Below are positions 35,646 through 45,513 of a DNA stretch of 64,000 nt, in pieces. A program made the position numbers and the translations under genes. This DNA is from Terriglobia bacterium (GTDB lineage Bacteria; Acidobacteriota; Terriglobia; Acidiferrales; UBA7541): positions 30,762 through 94,761 of the forward strand of contig JAIQFG010000007.1 of the NCBI GenBank assembly GCA_020073375.1, given 5' to 3'. Each line of letters starts with the position of its first letter. Positions within the stretch are counted from its first letter, which is position 1. Under the pieces are notes generated by a model, which saw only the letters and a list, made by a program, of their open reading frames with translations, was not told the origin of the DNA and made no database searches.

Positions 35646-37430
35646 ATGTCCACTTCTGAACTATCGTTGCAAACTCTACCCGGTGGAATTGCACTCGACG
35701 GCCGCACGGGAGAAGTGCTGAAAAACGGATTCAAGATCAACCTGCCCGAACAATTGTTTCGTCTCCTGGCTCTCTTAGGAGCGCGTGTGGGTGACATTGT
35801 GACACGGGAAGAGATTCGAAGGAGCCTTTGGTCTGAGAACCTCGTCAATAACGTAGATGACAGTATCAATACGGCTATCAGAAGGTTGCGGCAATACCTG
35901 GAAGGCATGGTCGGGGCCCCTCTGCTTATCGAGACGGTGCCCGGGCGCGGGTATCGCTTTGTTGAGCCGGGGGCGAAGCCGAATACAATTCCGTCACTTC
36001 GCGAAAACGCGCCTGAGCTGGGGAGATGCCGCTTGGCTGCTTTGCCATTCGACCATTTGTCAGGCAATTCCGAAAAAAAATACTTCGCCGACAGTCTGAC
36101 GGATGCCGTGATTACGGCGCTCGCCAAAATCCCGGCACTCTCCGTCAAGCCGCGATGCCTTGTGATGGGCTACAAGCAATTGCGTATGGGACTTGCCGCG
36201 ACGGGCAGAAAACTAAAAGTGGACGCGGTGCTGCAGGGTTCGGTCGCGTATTTTGACGGCCGGTTGCGCGTAACAGTTCAACTCCTTCGCGTCGCGACAG
36301 AAGAGCACCTGTGGGCGGAGAGCTATATTTTTAGCTCCGGTGACATCCTGGACTTCCAAATGGATGTGGCCGGCAGGATTTCTACGCACGTGGCCGCCAA
36401 ATTGGTTCCGACCCGGGAAAGCCGGCCATCGTATGTCCCGCCGATACCCATCGCCCACGACGCGCATCTAAAGGCGCACCAAACGTTTAACGCCTTTACC
36501 AACGAAGGATTCTGGAATGCGCGCCGGTATTGGAAGGAAGCCATCCATCACGATCCCGATTATGCCCAGGCTTTCGCCGGCCTGGCCGAGTCCTACAACA
36601 TGCTGGGCATGACAGGGCTATTGCATGCGAAGGATGCCCTGGGTGAAGCGCAAGAAGCGGCAAAAAGAGCCATGGAGATTGACGATTCCCTGACCGAAGC
36701 CCACGCTGCGCTGGCCCACACGTATATGGTGGAATGGAATTGGAAGGCTGCTGCCCAGGAGTTCAGGCAAGCCCTGCAGCTGGACCCAAATTTAACGGTA
36801 GGGAACCCTTGCCACTACGTCGAATTCCTGATGGCTGCAGGCGAGCCGGACGAAGCCATCAAAGAGATCGAGCGAATCCGGTCGGCTCGACCGCTCGCAA
36901 ATTTTCTGGGCAACATAGTCGGATGGGCCTACTACGGAAACCGGAACTATGACCGGGCGCTTCGACAACACCATAACATTCTGAAGGACGACCCGAAATT
37001 TGGTTTGACTCACGTGATGCTTGGATTGGACTACGCCCAAAAGAAGCGATATCGAACTGCAATCGAACATTGTGGCAAGGTCACCTCCAGCGGCGGAACA
37101 CGGATTGCCCTCAACACATTGGGATACATTTATGCGGCGGCAGGCGAGAAACACTGCGCAAAGGAAATTCTAAGAGAATTAAAGCGGCTGCTTCGAACCG
37201 ACTACGCTTCCTGTTACGCCTGCGCTGCCATCTACGCCGGAATGGGCGAGGTGGATTTGGCGTTCGACTTTCTCAACCGAGCCTGCGAAGTCCATGATCC
37301 CGGATTGCTCTGGCTCAAATGGGACCCGCAACTGGACAACCTCCGGTTTGATCCGCGTTTCCAAGGTTTGTTGAATCGAATGGGGCTGCAGGCGGCCCTA
37401 CCCAACGGACGCCCCGTAGCTACCGTGTGA
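35646..37430 (+). CDS. Transcriptional regulator: OmpR/CadC-type winged helix + TolB-like region + TPR repeats
   Basis: ORF 35583..37430, ATG 35646 preferred. REEIRRSLWSENLVNNVDDSINTAIRRLRQYL...IETVPGRGYRF (trans_reg_C-type wHTH). RLAALPFDHLSGNSEKKYFADSLTDAVITAL. C-terminal TPR helices. Confidence 0.8.
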   Translation: MSTSELSLQTLPGGIALDGRTGEVLKNGFKINLPEQLFRLLALLGARVGDIVTREEIRRSLWSENLVNNVDDSINTAIRRLRQYLEGMVGAPLLIETVPGRGYRFVEPGAKPNTIPSLRENAPELGRCRLAALPFDHLSGNSEKKYFADSLTDAVITALAKIPALSVKPRCLVMGYKQLRMGLAATGRKLKVDAVLQGSVAYFDGRLRVTVQLLRVATEEHLWAESYIFSSGDILDFQMDVAGRISTHVAAKLVPTRESRPSYVPPIPIAHDAHLKAHQTFNAFTNEGFWNARRYWKEAIHHDPDYAQAFAGLAESYNMLGMTGLLHAKDALGEAQEAAKRAMEIDDSLTEAHAALAHTYMVEWNWKAAAQEFRQALQLDPNLTVGNPCHYVEFLMAAGEPDEAIKEIERIRSARPLANFLGNIVGWAYYGNRNYDRALRQHHNILKDDPKFGLTHVMLGLDYAQKKRYRTAIEHCGKVTSSGGTRIALNTLGYIYAAAGEKHCAKEILRELKRLLRTDYASCYACAAIYAGMGEVDLAFDFLNRACEVHDPGLLWLKWDPQLDNLRFDPRFQGLLNRMGLQAALPNGRPVATV

Positions 37431-37828
37431 GTGAGAGGAATAGGCTGCTTTTCCAAGTTTGACGGAAAGACAGGTGGTCAGGTTCTTCGTGAGTGGTTGG
37501 TGCGTATGATCAGCGGGACGGGCAATTCGGAATATCTATTCTCTCGCCAATTGTGTAGCGTTCAAGGATAATCCATCGATTTTCAGCTCACCGCGATGTT
37601 TTGACCGCGCATTCGCTTGAATTTCATTTTGCTACGCGCTCATCGCAAGTCCTTCATATATTTGGCTGATAGCCATTGTCAGTTTTTTTTTATCCGTAAA
37701 TCAGGCGTTTTTATTTGACTTCGGCTTCCCCTAAGCCGAAAGTCCCCCCATCAACTGCGCGTCCACGCCGCGTCGGGGTAGTCGCGGCCCAATACCACAA
37801 GGCAAGCAAGTCAGTCTCTTAGCCAGGC

Positions 37829-37852
37829 ACGAGTGAAACTGACGAGTGAAAC
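37829..37852 (+). promoter_or_regulatory. 11-bp direct repeat upstream of the TonB receptor gene (candidate wHTH operator)
   Basis: ACGAGTGAAAC at 37829-37839 and again at 37842-37852, ~95 nt upstream of ATG 37946. Confidence 0.35.
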
Positions 37853-37945
37853 AAGAACACGACACTAGTTCAAGCAGGGAATTCCAGGCGAGGAAGCTGA
37901 TTTAGGTTGGGGGTGGCGCAGATCAGGAAGATCGGAGGCGAGGTT

Positions 37946-40900
37946 ATGAATTTTCTCTCGTATAGGAAATGGGTGTGGGCACTCAAACTCTTGATGTTCG
38001 CGGCGTTCCTCACTTTTTGTGTAGCACCACGTTTGTCCGCGCAAGTCACGGGAGGAACCATTTCGGGCACCGTTACCGATGCGTCGGGCGGGGCAATTCC
38101 CATGGTGGAAATCTCCATTCTCAATACGGCCACAGGCGTGGTCTCGACGGCTACGACGAGCGCCGAGGGCTTTTATTCGGTGCCGAACCTCTTGCCCGGG
38201 CCTTATCAGGTCACTGCCAAGAATGCAGGTTTTTCCACCGCGATCGTGAACGGCGTCACCTTGACCGTCGGCGCGCAACAAGCAGTGAACATCTCATTGA
38301 AAGTGGGAGAAACCTCGCAACAGGTGGAAGTGAGCGCATCCGCGGTTACGATCGACCTGGTGTCATCATCCATCAGCGCCGTGGTAACTGGGCCGACGGT
38401 TCGCGAATTGCCGCTAAACGGCCGTTCCTGGACGGACCTGGCGCAACTTCAACCGGGCCTCAACAACGTTACCACTCAGCCGCCTGCGACTTCCACGGAC
38501 CGGGCGTCGCGTGGTTGGGGAGCGATCTTGTCCATCTCCGGAGGGCGCGGCACATCGAATAATTATCGCCTCAACGGAATCAGCCTCAACGACTCCTTTA
38601 ACGCAGCGCCGGGCAGCTTTACGACCGGGAATCTGGGCGTGGATGCCATTGGCGAGTTTTCCGTATTAACGGGGAATTTTTCCGCTGAATATGGGAAGTC
38701 TTCAGGCGGGGTGATCAACGCCATCACCCGATCGGGGACCAATGAAATTCATGGGACTATTTTTGAGTTCATGCGCAACAAAGTTCTTGATGCCAAGGAC
38801 TTCTTTGTTGCGCCTGGCAAACCCATCCCGCCTTTCGTCCGAAATCAGTTTGGGGCCGCGGCAGGAGGTCCCATCCAGAAGGACAAGATGTTCGTTTTTG
38901 CCAATTACGAGGGATTACGCGAAGCTTTGTCCGGCGCGAAAACCATTAAAGTGCCCTCGGCTACGGCGCGCCAGGGCCGGCTATGCTCGGGTACCCCGGC
39001 AGCAAACGATCATTGCGCCACGACCACGCCAATCCCGTTAATACAACCTGTTGGCGGCCCGGTGTTAACCAGTCTTCCTGGCTTACCCTATGTGAATTTG
39101 TGGCCATCGCCCACTACGCTTATCTGCCCCACAGGTTATGCGCCCTGTGCCCCAAACTCGGGTAACACCGGTACAACCTCCGTCGTGCTCCCGGGACGCA
39201 CAAGCGAGAATTACTTTACGGTTCGAGTGGATCGAAAGTTCGGTTCGAATGACAGTCTGTTCGGCACGTACGTGCGCGACCGCCAGTCTCAAGGTGCGCA
39301 AGACAACCTGTCCGCGCTGGCTACCAGACGGCAGATGTTCCGGCAGACCTACACCGTAGAAGAAAGCCACGTGATCTCGCCAGCCATCATCAACGTCTTC
39401 CGGGTAGGTTTCCACCGGCAAGGCATCGATAATCCCAGCGGCGCAGATGCACTGAACCCGATTGCGGGGGACACCACGTTGGGGCTTTTGCCCAACCAGA
39501 GTATTGGGAGAATCGAGGTCCCTGGACTTGAAACCTTTGCCGGGGGAACTGCCCTCTATCAGCCGAATACGATTATCTGGAACTCGTATCAGGTGTATGA
39601 CGACCTCTTTATTACCAGGGGTATTCACGCCATTAAATTTGGAGTTGCCCTGGAAAAAGACCAGCGGAACACGAAAGGCCCCGGTGGATTTGCCGGCGGC
39701 AGGTCTATTTTTTCCAACTTTACCAACTTCATGCAGGGCAGTCCGAGTTCCCTGATCTTCAATGCAGGAGGCGGGGATCTCTCGGGCCATTTGAGTCAGT
39801 GGGTATATGGGGCATACGTGCAAGACGACATCCACCTGACGCCGCGCCTTACGTTGAACGCTGGGTTGCGCTACGAGTATGCGACGACCGTACACTCTAA
39901 GGGTACGGGATCGATCTCGAGTCTTCAGTGTCTCTCCTGCGAATTTCCGATCATCGATAGCCCGATCACTGCAAACCCCGTATTGGCCGCGCTGGTGGCG
40001 GCAGCGAACCCGAATCAAGTCTACGGGCCCATCATTCATCCATCCCGCTGGAACTGGGCGCCGCGCGTTGGTCTTGCGTGGGACCCGTTTGGCAATGGAA
40101 AAACTGCCATACGCGCCGCCTATGGGATCTACGACGTCCTTATCCAATTCCCCAATTACGGCAGCGCCCTTGCCAGCACCTGGCCGGGCCTGCAGTCCAA
40201 TAACAGCGGCACAGTCCCGGCGGCGTCCTGGCCAAAGGGTGGGGGCTTTGCTGGCGGCAATCCATTGGATCCGGCCGTGCTGAATACGAAGCGTGTCGAT
40301 TTCACGGAACAAAATCCTCCAACGAGCTACGCGATGCAATGGAACCTCAACATCCAACAGGAAATTACCAATACCCTGTCGGTCCAGGTCGGTTACGTGG
40401 GGACAAGGACCATCCACAACGTAAATCAAATGAATGACGGCAACATGCGATTACCAAATCTGGTGTCGGGACAACCCCTGTGGCCGTGCGGGCCCGGCGC
40501 CATCGTCGTGGTCAACCCCCAAGCCGATTGCCCATTATTCGCCAGCACACCCCCGAGCAATTTGCACGTTGGTCGAATGCCGATGCAAAACTATAACTCG
40601 AACGCCCTCTACGATGGCTTGCAAGTGGGCGTCACAAAAAATGTGAGCCATGGCCTGATGGTTAAGGGGTCTTACACCTTTTCCAAGAACATCGACACAG
40701 GTTCCGGGGCAGGCATAACCGACCCTTATGTTAATGCATTGGTAAACACCGTGTACTATTGGGATCCGGGACTGCGGCGCGCCCGGGCGGACACGGACAT
40801 GAGGCATAACCTGGTGATCAGCTATACCTACAACTTTCCCGACCCATCGGCAGACGTGGCCGGAGGGGTCTTGAAAGCCGTTGCCGGCGGCTGGCAGACG

Positions 40901-41413
40901 GGAGCGATCATCACAGCCCAGACCGGCCTGCCGTTTACGCCCCGAGTCGGTGGAAATGGGGCGGACTCCGTCGGCATGGGCGGCACGGATGCGATCAATT
41001 GGCCGGATCTTGCTAAGGGTTGTTCAAAATCAGACCTCGTCAACCATTCCGGCGACAGGCTCAATTACATCAATACCGCCTGCTATGCGTTTCCCGGAAC
41101 GGTTTCATACAATGGCAGCACCTGGCTGCGCACCGGCAACCTGGGTCGCAATTCAATCAACGGCCCGGGGCTGATGACCGTCAACTTCTCCCTGTTCAAG
41201 AACAACTACATCCACAGAATCTCGGAGACGGCGAATCTGCAGTTCCGATTCGAAGCCTTCAACGTCTTTAACCGTCCCAATTTCCTGGCGCCGGTCCCGG
41301 ATGACGAGCAACTCTTTGAAGCGACCGGTGGAGCAATTGCCGGCGCGGGCCGAATACAGGAAACGACAACCACAGCGCGGCAATTGCAGTTTGCGTTGAA
41401 GTTGATTTTTTAA
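37946..41413 (+). CDS. Oar-type TonB-dependent receptor with CarboxypepD_reg-like N-terminal domain
   Basis: ORF 37907..41413, ATG 37946 (GGAGG upstream; signal ...CVAPRLSAQ). GTISGTVTDASGGAIPMVEISILNTATG...YSVPNLLPGPYQV. Plug-like VRELPLNGRSWTDLAQLQPG. Long barrel region. Terminal RQLQFALKLIF. Confidence 0.85.
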   Translation: MNFLSYRKWVWALKLLMFAAFLTFCVAPRLSAQVTGGTISGTVTDASGGAIPMVEISILNTATGVVSTATTSAEGFYSVPNLLPGPYQVTAKNAGFSTAIVNGVTLTVGAQQAVNISLKVGETSQQVEVSASAVTIDLVSSSISAVVTGPTVRELPLNGRSWTDLAQLQPGLNNVTTQPPATSTDRASRGWGAILSISGGRGTSNNYRLNGISLNDSFNAAPGSFTTGNLGVDAIGEFSVLTGNFSAEYGKSSGGVINAITRSGTNEIHGTIFEFMRNKVLDAKDFFVAPGKPIPPFVRNQFGAAAGGPIQKDKMFVFANYEGLREALSGAKTIKVPSATARQGRLCSGTPAANDHCATTTPIPLIQPVGGPVLTSLPGLPYVNLWPSPTTLICPTGYAPCAPNSGNTGTTSVVLPGRTSENYFTVRVDRKFGSNDSLFGTYVRDRQSQGAQDNLSALATRRQMFRQTYTVEESHVISPAIINVFRVGFHRQGIDNPSGADALNPIAGDTTLGLLPNQSIGRIEVPGLETFAGGTALYQPNTIIWNSYQVYDDLFITRGIHAIKFGVALEKDQRNTKGPGGFAGGRSIFSNFTNFMQGSPSSLIFNAGGGDLSGHLSQWVYGAYVQDDIHLTPRLTLNAGLRYEYATTVHSKGTGSISSLQCLSCEFPIIDSPITANPVLAALVAAANPNQVYGPIIHPSRWNWAPRVGLAWDPFGNGKTAIRAAYGIYDVLIQFPNYGSALASTWPGLQSNNSGTVPAASWPKGGGFAGGNPLDPAVLNTKRVDFTEQNPPTSYAMQWNLNIQQEITNTLSVQVGYVGTRTIHNVNQMNDGNMRLPNLVSGQPLWPCGPGAIVVVNPQADCPLFASTPPSNLHVGRMPMQNYNSNALYDGLQVGVTKNVSHGLMVKGSYTFSKNIDTGSGAGITDPYVNALVNTVYYWDPGLRRARADTDMRHNLVISYTYNFPDPSADVAGGVLKAVAGGWQTGAIITAQTGLPFTPRVGGNGADSVGMGGTDAINWPDLAKGCSKSDLVNHSGDRLNYINTACYAFPGTVSYNGSTWLRTGNLGRNSINGPGLMTVNFSLFKNNYIHRISETANLQFRFEAFNVFNRPNFLAPVPDDEQLFEATGGAIAGAGRIQETTTTARQLQFALKLIF

Positions 41414-41436
41414 GCTTCGCATTCGCTTTGCGGGTA

Positions 41437-41465
41437 GCGAGGGAGGACATCGCGTCCTTCCTCGC
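41437..41465 (+). terminator. Hairpin (attenuator/terminator candidate) after the receptor gene
   Basis: GCGAGGGAGGA-catcgcg-TCCTTCCTCGC, an 11-bp stem with one G-U. Only a short TT follows. Confidence 0.4.
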
Positions 41466-41506
41466 TTCGGTATTGGCAAGTCAATTTGTCTGGATGGAGT
41501 TCCGAT

Positions 41507-42466
41507 ATGAAAATGTCATGGGCGCTGATTCTAATTCTGTTCGCAGGCTGTGGGCCGGCCGGCAACGCGCCGCCGGCGGCGACTCAAACGGCGAGCAACG
41601 ACAACGCGGATTTGGAGAAAGTGCTTGAGGACGTCAATCACCAATGGCTGTGCAGCGGACCCTATCAGAAACCATATAAAGATTGTGTCGAATTTCGTAG
41701 TAAGTACTGGGTCGATCAATTCTTTGAGGTTGTATCCACTGGGGACCTGTTGAACAAGGAAGAGATGGTTGCCACACAAACGGCCGCTATTCCGTCCAAC
41801 CCGGCGCCGGGGACCGGACCATATCCCGACGCGTTCAAATTGAGGGCGGTGTACGGCGACTTCGCGATGGCCACGGATCATACGAATTTCAAGACTGCCG
41901 ACAAAAATGGGAAGCTCACCTTTACATCGAATTCCAAAGTGCTCAGGTTATTCGTAAAAGAGAATGGGGCCTGGAGACCTGCCGCGGCAGGGTTGGTCCC
42001 GATAATTTCTCCGCCGACTACTGCGCGTCCGAATAAGCATTCCGCTACTCCACACAAGAGTCCGGATGAGCAACTGGAAAAGGTACTCGCAGAGGCCGAT
42101 CGCGCCTGGATGGATTCCAGCGATCTAGACAAGAGGCTCGCCTATATCAATAAATTATTTACCGACCAGTGGTTCGAGATTCTCGGCTGGGACCCCACCA
42201 GAACTACTACTAAGTCCACGGTGTTAGAGGTCCTGCCGAAATTGGCTGGTACTAACAAGCCCGGTGAGGGCGTCGTTGCAGATCAATTTCAACTGCAAGC
42301 CGTTTTCGGAGACGTGGCGCTCGCGAGCGACCGCAGAACCAGAACTTGGACGGACGAAAAGGGCCACCTCGTGAAAACCCCTCACCGGACTCTCTTGGTT
42401 TTTGTGAAACAGAACGGTGAATGGAAATCCGCCGGGGCGTCGCTTACTCCAATCCTGACTCCGTAG
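41507..42466 (+). CDS. Lipoprotein with two tandem NTF2-like (DUF4440-type) domains, family copies 1 and 2
   Basis: ORF 41486..42466, with ATG 41507 giving MKMSWALILILFAGC (lipobox). Domain 1 has the Cys pair (HQWLCSGPYQKPYKDCVEF). Domain 2 (LEKVLAEADRAWMDSSD...LLVFVKQNGEWKSA) lacks it. Confidence 0.8.
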   Translation: MKMSWALILILFAGCGPAGNAPPAATQTASNDNADLEKVLEDVNHQWLCSGPYQKPYKDCVEFRSKYWVDQFFEVVSTGDLLNKEEMVATQTAAIPSNPAPGTGPYPDAFKLRAVYGDFAMATDHTNFKTADKNGKLTFTSNSKVLRLFVKENGAWRPAAAGLVPIISPPTTARPNKHSATPHKSPDEQLEKVLAEADRAWMDSSDLDKRLAYINKLFTDQWFEILGWDPTRTTTKSTVLEVLPKLAGTNKPGEGVVADQFQLQAVFGDVALASDRRTRTWTDEKGHLVKTPHRTLLVFVKQNGEWKSAGASLTPILTP

Positions 42467-42524
42467 GGGCGAATGAAACGGCCATCGAACGGCCGATTGA
42501 TTCTAAGGTGAGAGGAGTTTTCGG

Positions 42525-43037
42525 ATGAGATATGCAATTGTGCTTTCGCTGCTCGTGCTTTCGAGTTTTCCAGCGCCCGCCTTTTCTCAACAATCGATGA
42601 AAATGGGCGATAAGGACTGGGTCGCCCTGGAGAAAGTTCTGGATGACGTTAACAATCAGTGGCTGTGTGCCGGGAAGTATTACAAGGCCAAGAGGCAGGA
42701 TTGTGTGGATTTCAGGGCCAACTTTTGGCCCGATCAATTTTTCGAGGTAGGCCAAACCGGGAAGACTCAGACCAAGGCAGAGATGGTCGCATCGCAATCG
42801 GCCGCTGCTGCGAAGAGTCCGGACGTCGTCCGCGACACCGGACCTAATCCACAGGAATTCAAGCTGATGTCGGTCTATGGTGACATCGCGCTCGCGACGG
42901 ACCACACTGTATTCAAAACTGCCGACGCCAGCAGCAACGTATCGGTCACGTCAGAAGCCAATGTTCTTAGAATGTTTGTGAAGGAGAATGGGAAATGGAG
43001 GCCCGCGGGGGCAGTGCTGATACCGATCAAGAAATAA
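42525..43037 (+). CDS. Secreted NTF2-like (DUF4440-type) protein, copy 3
   Basis: GAGGAG SD. Signal peptide. WVALEKVLDDVNNQWLCAGKYYKAKRQDCVDFRANFWPDQFFEV...LRMFVKENGKWRPA. Confidence 0.8.
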   Translation: MRYAIVLSLLVLSSFPAPAFSQQSMKMGDKDWVALEKVLDDVNNQWLCAGKYYKAKRQDCVDFRANFWPDQFFEVGQTGKTQTKAEMVASQSAAAAKSPDVVRDTGPNPQEFKLMSVYGDIALATDHTVFKTADASSNVSVTSEANVLRMFVKENGKWRPAGAVLIPIKK

Positions 43038-43184
43038 ACTCGCGCCGGTCCTGACAATGCAATCAAGGCACTGTTTGTGAGGATCGAGTTGCAGTCGTCT
43101 ATCGCGAACTGGACTTATGCACCAGAATTCCAGTGTGCCTCACAGCAGAGAATCGATTCTTATCGGCCAAGGAGGAAGTGCCGT

Positions 43185-43673
43185 ATGAAATTCGCATGGG
43201 TGCTGATTCTGTGTGTTCTTGGAAGTTTTACTCTGCCGGTCCACGCTCAGGAGAAGGCCCCCAACAGCACGAGAAATGCGGCGTTGGAGAAGGAACTCTA
43301 CGCAGTTGAACTGAAATGGATGCAGGCGGAGCACGATAAGAAAATGAGCGGTCCGGATAGCATGGGAGAGTTGTGGATGGATGATTTCTTCGATGTGCTC
43401 TCTGGAGGACGCGTAGTCAATAAGCAAGAAATGATGGACATGATGGCCAAGGCGGATCCCAAGCCGGGAACCGGGGCCTTTCCAGTTGATTTCAAGATAC
43501 GCGCAATTTACGGCAACGTTGTATTGGCAACCGATCACACGACGATCAAGGGACTGGACGCCAACGGCAAAATCGTTCCCGTGAGAGAAATGAATGTGCT
43601 TCGGATGTTTGTAAAGGATAAGGGAAAGTGGAGAGTAGCTGGGGCAGGATTGGTGCCAGTCGCCGCGCCCTAG
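43185..43673 (+). CDS. Secreted NTF2-like (DUF4440-type) protein, copy 4 (divergent, Cys-less)
   Basis: ORF 43077..43673, ATG 43185 preceded by GGAGGA. ALEKELYAVELKWMQAEHD...FKIRAIYGNVVLATDHTTIKG...LRMFVKDKGKWRVA. Confidence 0.8.
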   Translation: MKFAWVLILCVLGSFTLPVHAQEKAPNSTRNAALEKELYAVELKWMQAEHDKKMSGPDSMGELWMDDFFDVLSGGRVVNKQEMMDMMAKADPKPGTGAFPVDFKIRAIYGNVVLATDHTTIKGLDANGKIVPVREMNVLRMFVKDKGKWRVAGAGLVPVAAP

Positions 43674-43757
43674 GTTGTAAAACCAGGTACGAAGTGCACT
43701 ACGACTGCACTGTGCCAGACATCAGCCTCATGTAGCCAAACCGAGAGGAGTTTCTGG

Positions 43758-44276
43758 ATGAGAAATGTTTTGATTGCGGTCTTAATTGCGCTTTCCGCCC
43801 TCTCCATTCCAGCCATGGCTCAAGAGAAAGTGACTAAGGGCGACAAGAACTGGGCCGCTTTGGAAAAAGTTCTCGATGACGTTAATAATCAGTGGCTATG
43901 TGCGGCGTCGTATCACAAGAACAAGGCACAAGAGTGCGTAAATTTCCGCGCCCAGTATTGGGCCGATGAATTTTTCGAGATCTATCCTTCAGGACAAATT
44001 CAAACCAAGGCAGAAATGGTTGCTTCGCAATCGGCCGGCGCCTCTGCTCACCCTGATTCCGCCCCCGGTACGGGGCCTAATCCGCAGGAATTCAAATTGA
44101 TGGCAGTGTACGGCAACGTTGCGCTGGCGACCGATCACACTATTTTTAAATCGATCGACTCCGGCGGAAACCTCGCGGTGACTTCGGAAGCGCGGGTTCT
44201 CAGGATATTCGTGAAGGAAAACGGGAAGTGGAGGCCTGCCTCGGCGGCATTGGTTGGTATCGAAAAGCCCAAATAG
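43758..44276 (+). CDS. Secreted NTF2-like (DUF4440-type) protein, copy 5
   Basis: GAGGAG SD. The upstream region resembles that of 42525. WAALEKVLDDVNNQWLCAASYHKNKAQECVNFRAQYWADEFFEI...LRIFVKENGKWRPA. Confidence 0.8.
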   Translation: MRNVLIAVLIALSALSIPAMAQEKVTKGDKNWAALEKVLDDVNNQWLCAASYHKNKAQECVNFRAQYWADEFFEIYPSGQIQTKAEMVASQSAGASAHPDSAPGTGPNPQEFKLMAVYGNVALATDHTIFKSIDSGGNLAVTSEARVLRIFVKENGKWRPASAALVGIEKPK

Positions 44277-44323
44277 GGCGAGGCAAGGCGGCCTTGGGAA
44301 CTCGAAGATAAGAGGTGATTAAG

Positions 44324-45361
44324 ATGGCGAGACGCTTGCTGATTGCGTTGTCAATCCTCACGTTTTTCTTGACCGTAGCTCACGGGCAGGACTGGAATTT
44401 TATTGCTCGACTAAATCCCGCTTTAGATGAAATTGTTCCCGCCGATGCGAAAGTAGAGAAACTGGCCGATAGTTTTGGCTTCCTCGAAGGGCCTGTTTGG
44501 GTCCGCAAGGGTGGGTACCTTCTTTTTAGCGATATCCCGGCAAATGTAATTTACAAGTGGAGTCCCAATGATGGAAAAGTCTCAATTTTCCTTCCCTACA
44601 GCGGGTTTACCGGGACAGACGACACGAATGTCGGCATGCAGCTTAACAATGGACGCGCAATGGTCACACTGCTTGGCTCCAATGCAGTGACAGTGGATCC
44701 GCAGGGGCGAATTGTTTATTGCGCTCACGGAGATCATCAGGTCGTGCGATTGGAGGCGGACGGTCGCCGTACGGTTTTGGCAAGTGAATTCGAGGGGAAA
44801 CGACTCAACAGTCCTAACGACCTCATTTACAAATCCGATGGAACTCTTTACTTTACTGATCCCCCAGCAGGTTTTCGCGACGGAGATAAAGACTCGAAGA
44901 AGGAATTGCCATTCACGGGGATATTCATGCTGAAGGGCGGCAAACTCCAATTGATCAGCAAAGATCTGCGGCCGAACGGTCTCGCCTTCTCGCCTGACGA
45001 AAAATATATATATCTGGTAGATGGAACAGACGGCAAGAAGGCCCTTCGCCGTTTCGAAATGCAGCCGGATGATACCCTCACCAACGGCCAACTTTTTGTT
45101 GACATGACCTCTGATAAGTCGCCGGGAGGGCCAGATGGCATAAAAGTGGATCAAAGAGGCAACGTCTATTCCACAGGTCCGGGGGGAGTGTGGATTATGG
45201 CGCCAGATGGAAAACACCTGGGAACGATCATGACTACCGAACTCCCAGCGAATCTGGCATTCGGTGAAACGGATAACAAAACTCTCTTTCTCACAGCTCG
45301 AACTGGGCTTTATCGGATTCGCCTGAAGATCCCGGGGATACCACCTCCGGGGAATTCTTGA
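44324..45361 (+). CDS. Secreted SMP-30/gluconolactonase/LRE-like beta-propeller
   Basis: ORF from GTG 44315; ATG 44324 (MARRLLIALSIL) preferred. LLFSDIPANVIYKW, SPNDLIYKSDGTLYFTDPP, RPNGLAFSPDEKYIYLVD, PDGIKVDQRGNVY and PANLAFGETDNKTLFLTA. Confidence 0.8.
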   Translation: MARRLLIALSILTFFLTVAHGQDWNFIARLNPALDEIVPADAKVEKLADSFGFLEGPVWVRKGGYLLFSDIPANVIYKWSPNDGKVSIFLPYSGFTGTDDTNVGMQLNNGRAMVTLLGSNAVTVDPQGRIVYCAHGDHQVVRLEADGRRTVLASEFEGKRLNSPNDLIYKSDGTLYFTDPPAGFRDGDKDSKKELPFTGIFMLKGGKLQLISKDLRPNGLAFSPDEKYIYLVDGTDGKKALRRFEMQPDDTLTNGQLFVDMTSDKSPGGPDGIKVDQRGNVYSTGPGGVWIMAPDGKHLGTIMTTELPANLAFGETDNKTLFLTARTGLYRIRLKIPGIPPPGNS

Positions 45362-45513
45362 TGATTTGGCAGGCGAGCGAACAGAATTGTCCAGAGGAGT
45401 GCTCGAAGTATATGCATTTTCGAAGGTATGCCTGGAACAATTAATTCTGCAAAACGTAGATAGTACTCCGATAGCAGAACCGAAATTGACGACATTGAAG
45501 GAGGAGCGGGCTC

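Noticed and set aside
37431-37945. Long leader of the TonB receptor gene examined for a riboswitch (cobalamin, TPP)
   Set aside because: I recognised no B12-box or TPP-type conserved cores. There is only a short hairpin and the direct repeat reported separately.
39083-40429. 448-aa minus-strand ORF inside the TonB receptor gene
   Set aside because: Antisense shadow ORF. It is Arg/Pro/Gly-rich, whereas the plus frame has receptor plug and barrel signatures and a terminal Phe.
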